Shown: in pieces, positions 61,881 through 64,000 of the stretch
How the letters are laid out: each line of letters starts with the position of its first letter
Position numbering within the stretch: the stretch's first letter is position 1
Position numbers and translations under genes: made by a program
Notes under the pieces: model-generated
What the model was told of the DNA's origin: nothing
What the model saw: the letters and a program-made list of their open reading frames with translations, nothing else
Database searches by the model: none
From: Candidatus Cybelea sp.
GTDB lineage: Bacteria; Vulcanimicrobiota; Vulcanimicrobiia; Vulcanimicrobiales; Vulcanimicrobiaceae
Assembly: GCA_049578945.1 (NCBI GenBank)
Contig: JBAUMX010000101.1
Location: forward strand, 8,864-72,863
Reading direction: 5' to 3'
Length of the DNA: 64,000 nt

Positions 61881-64000
61881 TTATCGCTTGACCGGGCGTT
61901 TGCGCTCGGCGCGCCGCTTGACCGCGCCGTTGCGGCGCTTCGCTTGAGCTGTCCGCAAGCGCAAGGGCACGACGTTGTTCGTCTTGGCCTGATCGCCGAG
62001 CGGAACCGGCGATATCATTCGCTTGCCAAGCGCGTGATAGAACACCTCGGAAAGCTCCTCGACGGAAACGAACGTCATGCTGTCGCGCACTTCCTTCGGA
62101 ATGTCGTCGAGGTCCATCTCGTTGCGGTGCGGGAAGAGAATCTTGCTGATTCCGGCGCGTTTTGCACCGAGCACCTTTTCCTTTAAGCCGCCGATCGGCA
62201 GAACTTGCCCGGTCAACGTGATCTCGCCGGTCATCGCGAGATTCGGATCGACCTTGATGCCGGTAAGCATCGACGCGATCGACGTTGCGAGCGCGATGCC
62301 TGCGGACGGACCGTCCTTCGGCGTCGCACCGGCCGGCACGTGGATGTGAATGTCGTGCTTCGCGAAGTAATCCGCCGGCAAACCGAGCTCATCCGAGCGC
62401 GAGCGCAGGAACGATACGGCAGCCTGCGCGCTCTCCTTCATAACGTCGCCGAGCTGACCGGTCAGCACGAGCTTGCCGGTTCCCGGCATTCCCTGCGTTT
62501 CGATAAAGAGAATGTCGCCGCCGACGGGCGTATAGGCCATGCCGGTCGCGACCCCGACCGATGCAACGCGCTTGCGCACCTCGTTGAAGAACCGTGGCCT
62601 GCTCAAGTACTCGGCGAGATTCGTAGGCTTAATCCGTCCCTTGAACCGCGAATTCTCGGCGATTTTGCGCGCGATTTTTCGGAAGACGGTTGCGATTTCA
62701 CGCTCCAAATTCCGCACGCCGGCTTCGCGCGTGTAATCGTTGATAATGGCCCGAATCGCCAGGTCGCTGATCTGCGCCTGAGTTTCGCGCAAGCCGTTGT
62801 TCTCGCGCTGTTTCTTAACAAGATAGCGCTTAGCGATCTGAAGCTTCTCCAACTCGGTGTAGCCGTGGAGCGTGATGATCTCCATCCGGTCACGCAGCGG
62901 TGGTGAGATCGTATCGAGCGTGTTGGCGGTGCAGATGAAGAGCACGGCCGACAGGTCGAAGGGCAGATCGAGATAGTGATCGCGAAAGTGAACGTTCTGC
63001 TCGGGATCGAGCACCTCGAGGAGCGCCGATTGCGGATCGCCGCGAAAATCCGAGCCGACCTTATCGATCTCGTCGATCATCATCACCGGATTGCGCGTTC
63101 CCGCATCGCGGATCGCGCGGACGATCGAGCCCGGCATCGCTCCGATGTAGGTGCGCCGATGGCCGCGGATCTCGGCTTCATCGTGTACGCCGCCAACCGA
63201 GAGGCGGACGAACTTGCGGCCCATCGCTCGGGCGATCGATTGACCGAGCGAGGTCTTGCCGACGCCCGGCGGTCCGACAAAGCAGAGAATTGGCCCGCTT
63301 AGTTTCTTCTTGAGCTTTCCAACCGCGAGGTACTCGCTGATTCGGTCCTTGATCTTGTCGAGATCGTAGTGGTCCTCGTCGAGGATTGCCCGAGCCGCCT
63401 TGATGTCGATGTGGTCGGTCGTCTCGGTGCTCCAAGGCAGTGTGACAAGCCAATCGAGGTAGGTGCGTATGACGCCATACTCGGGACTCGCCTGCGGAAC
63501 GCGCGCCAACCGTTCGAGCTCGCGGTCAGCGGCCTTCTTTACGTCTTCGGGCATCGCGGAAGCGTCGATCTTCGTGCGTAACTCGTTGGTCTCGGCCTGT
63601 TGAGGATCGACTTCACCCAGCTCCTCTTGAATCGCACGCAGCTGCTGACGCAGATAGAACTCGCGTTGATTCTTCTCCATCTCGCGCTGGATGTCGCTTT
63701 GGATCTTGTGACCGAGCTCGACGACTTCGAGCTCCTTCGTCAACAGCAGCGTGAGCTTGCGCATCCGCTTGCCGGTGTCGCGCTCTTCAAGCAGCGCTTG
63801 GCGATCGGCCGTCTCGAGACGCATCGTTGACGCGACAAAGTACGTCAGCACCACCGGATCGGTGATGTTGGCAACCTCCATCTCCATCTCGCGCGGCGCC
63901 TGCGGCAAGTACGAGAGCAGCTTTTGAAAGAGTCCGCCGAGGTTGCGCTGCATCGCGACAAGCTCTTCGTTCTCAACGGTCGTATCCGGCAGCTCGGTAT
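61881..64000 (-). CDS. lon: Lon protease (endopeptidase La), 5' end beyond the right edge
   Basis: Walker A GPPGVGKTS; proteolytic site PKDGPSAG. The frame stays open upstream of the track Met at 63953 (..ELPDTTVENEELVAMQRNL), so the gene continues past 64000. Confidence 0.95.
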   Translation of the reverse strand, partial: TELPDTTVENEELVAMQRNLGGLFQKLLSYLPQAPREMEMEVANITDPVVLTYFVASTMRLETADRQALLEERDTGKRMRKLTLLLTKELEVVELGHKIQSDIQREMEKNQREFYLRQQLRAIQEELGEVDPQQAETNELRTKIDASAMPEDVKKAADRELERLARVPQASPEYGVIRTYLDWLVTLPWSTETTDHIDIKAARAILDEDHYDLDKIKDRISEYLAVGKLKKKLSGPILCFVGPPGVGKTSLGQSIARAMGRKFVRLSVGGVHDEAEIRGHRRTYIGAMPGSIVRAIRDAGTRNPVMMIDEIDKVGSDFRGDPQSALLEVLDPEQNVHFRDHYLDLPFDLSAVLFICTANTLDTISPPLRDRMEIITLHGYTELEKLQIAKRYLVKKQRENNGLRETQAQISDLAIRAIINDYTREAGVRNLEREIATVFRKIARKIAENSRFKGRIKPTNLAEYLSRPRFFNEVRKRVASVGVATGMAYTPVGGDILFIETQGMPGTGKLVLTGQLGDVMKESAQAAVSFLRSRSDELGLPADYFAKHDIHIHVPAGATPKDGPSAGIALATSIASMLTGIKVDPNLAMTGEITLTGQVLPIGGLKEKVLGAKRAGISKILFPHRNEMDLDDIPKEVRDSMTFVSVEELSEVFYHALGKRMISPVPLGDQAKTNNVVPLRLRTAQAKRRNGAVKRRAERKRPVKR

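Noticed and set aside
1-64000. tRNA, rRNA or other classical RNA genes in the larger intergenic regions (14946-15216, 16555-16821, 23490-24631, 39684-39851, 48101-48260, 60144-60287, 61696-61880)
   Set aside because: No T-loop (GGTTCGAATC-like) or acceptor-stem pattern, and no rRNA-like conserved block, was seen. A tRNAscan/Infernal run would be needed to be sure.

Overview
This is a GC-rich bacterial chromosomal window with about 55 protein-coding genes. I found no rRNA, tRNA, CRISPR array, transposase or integrase by eye. Most of it is housekeeping. It holds uvrA (5' part) and uvrB, prs, rplY, pth, and a minus-strand block running meaB, split methylmalonyl-CoA mutase, gltX and glmU. It also holds a tricorn-type protease, aceA-aceB (glyoxylate shunt), rocD, infC-rpmI-rplT, pheS-pheT-cvpA, selD and lon (truncated at the right edge). 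Many long ORFs in the supplied track are Arg/Ala-rich antisense shadows of real genes and were discarded. Several starts were re-assigned from homology-style N-terminal motifs and Shine-Dalgarno context.

The non-housekeeping part is about 9.8-24.6 kb and contains two paralogous cassettes. Each has a large XRE-HTH / NB-ARC-type P-loop / TPR (STAND) regulator on the minus strand. Each regulator faces a plus-strand battery of lipobox lipoproteins: S53 sedolisin-like peptidase (two copies), 7-bladed lactonase-like beta-propeller (two copies), a HAF-repeat protein, a Gloeo_Verruco (GloVer) repeat protein, and decayed small lipoproteins. Four of these genes, which are not homologous to each other, are preceded by the same roughly 110-nt promoter/leader module. 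Its core is AAGTTGTGCGGGTGGTTGTG, followed by a -35/-10-like pair at fixed spacing and a shared Shine-Dalgarno context. This is my best candidate for an undescribed regulon or system.

Other observations:
- Two tandem small-lipoprotein genes each carry exactly one in-frame stop.
- pth has no canonical start codon upstream of its catalytic motif.
- infC has a probable ATA start behind a terminator-like leader.
- aceA has a sigma70-like promoter with a perfect 14-bp AT palindrome.
- The whole aceA-aceB spacer is a 166-nt inverted-repeat element.
- There is a cluster of PFDKLRVT-type palindromic repeats.
- Two apparent pseudo-enzymes are present (M48-like and beta-lactamase-fold).
- Several divergent gene pairs have start codons only 3-25 nt apart.

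All calls rest on reading the sequence and on recalled family motifs. No database search was run.
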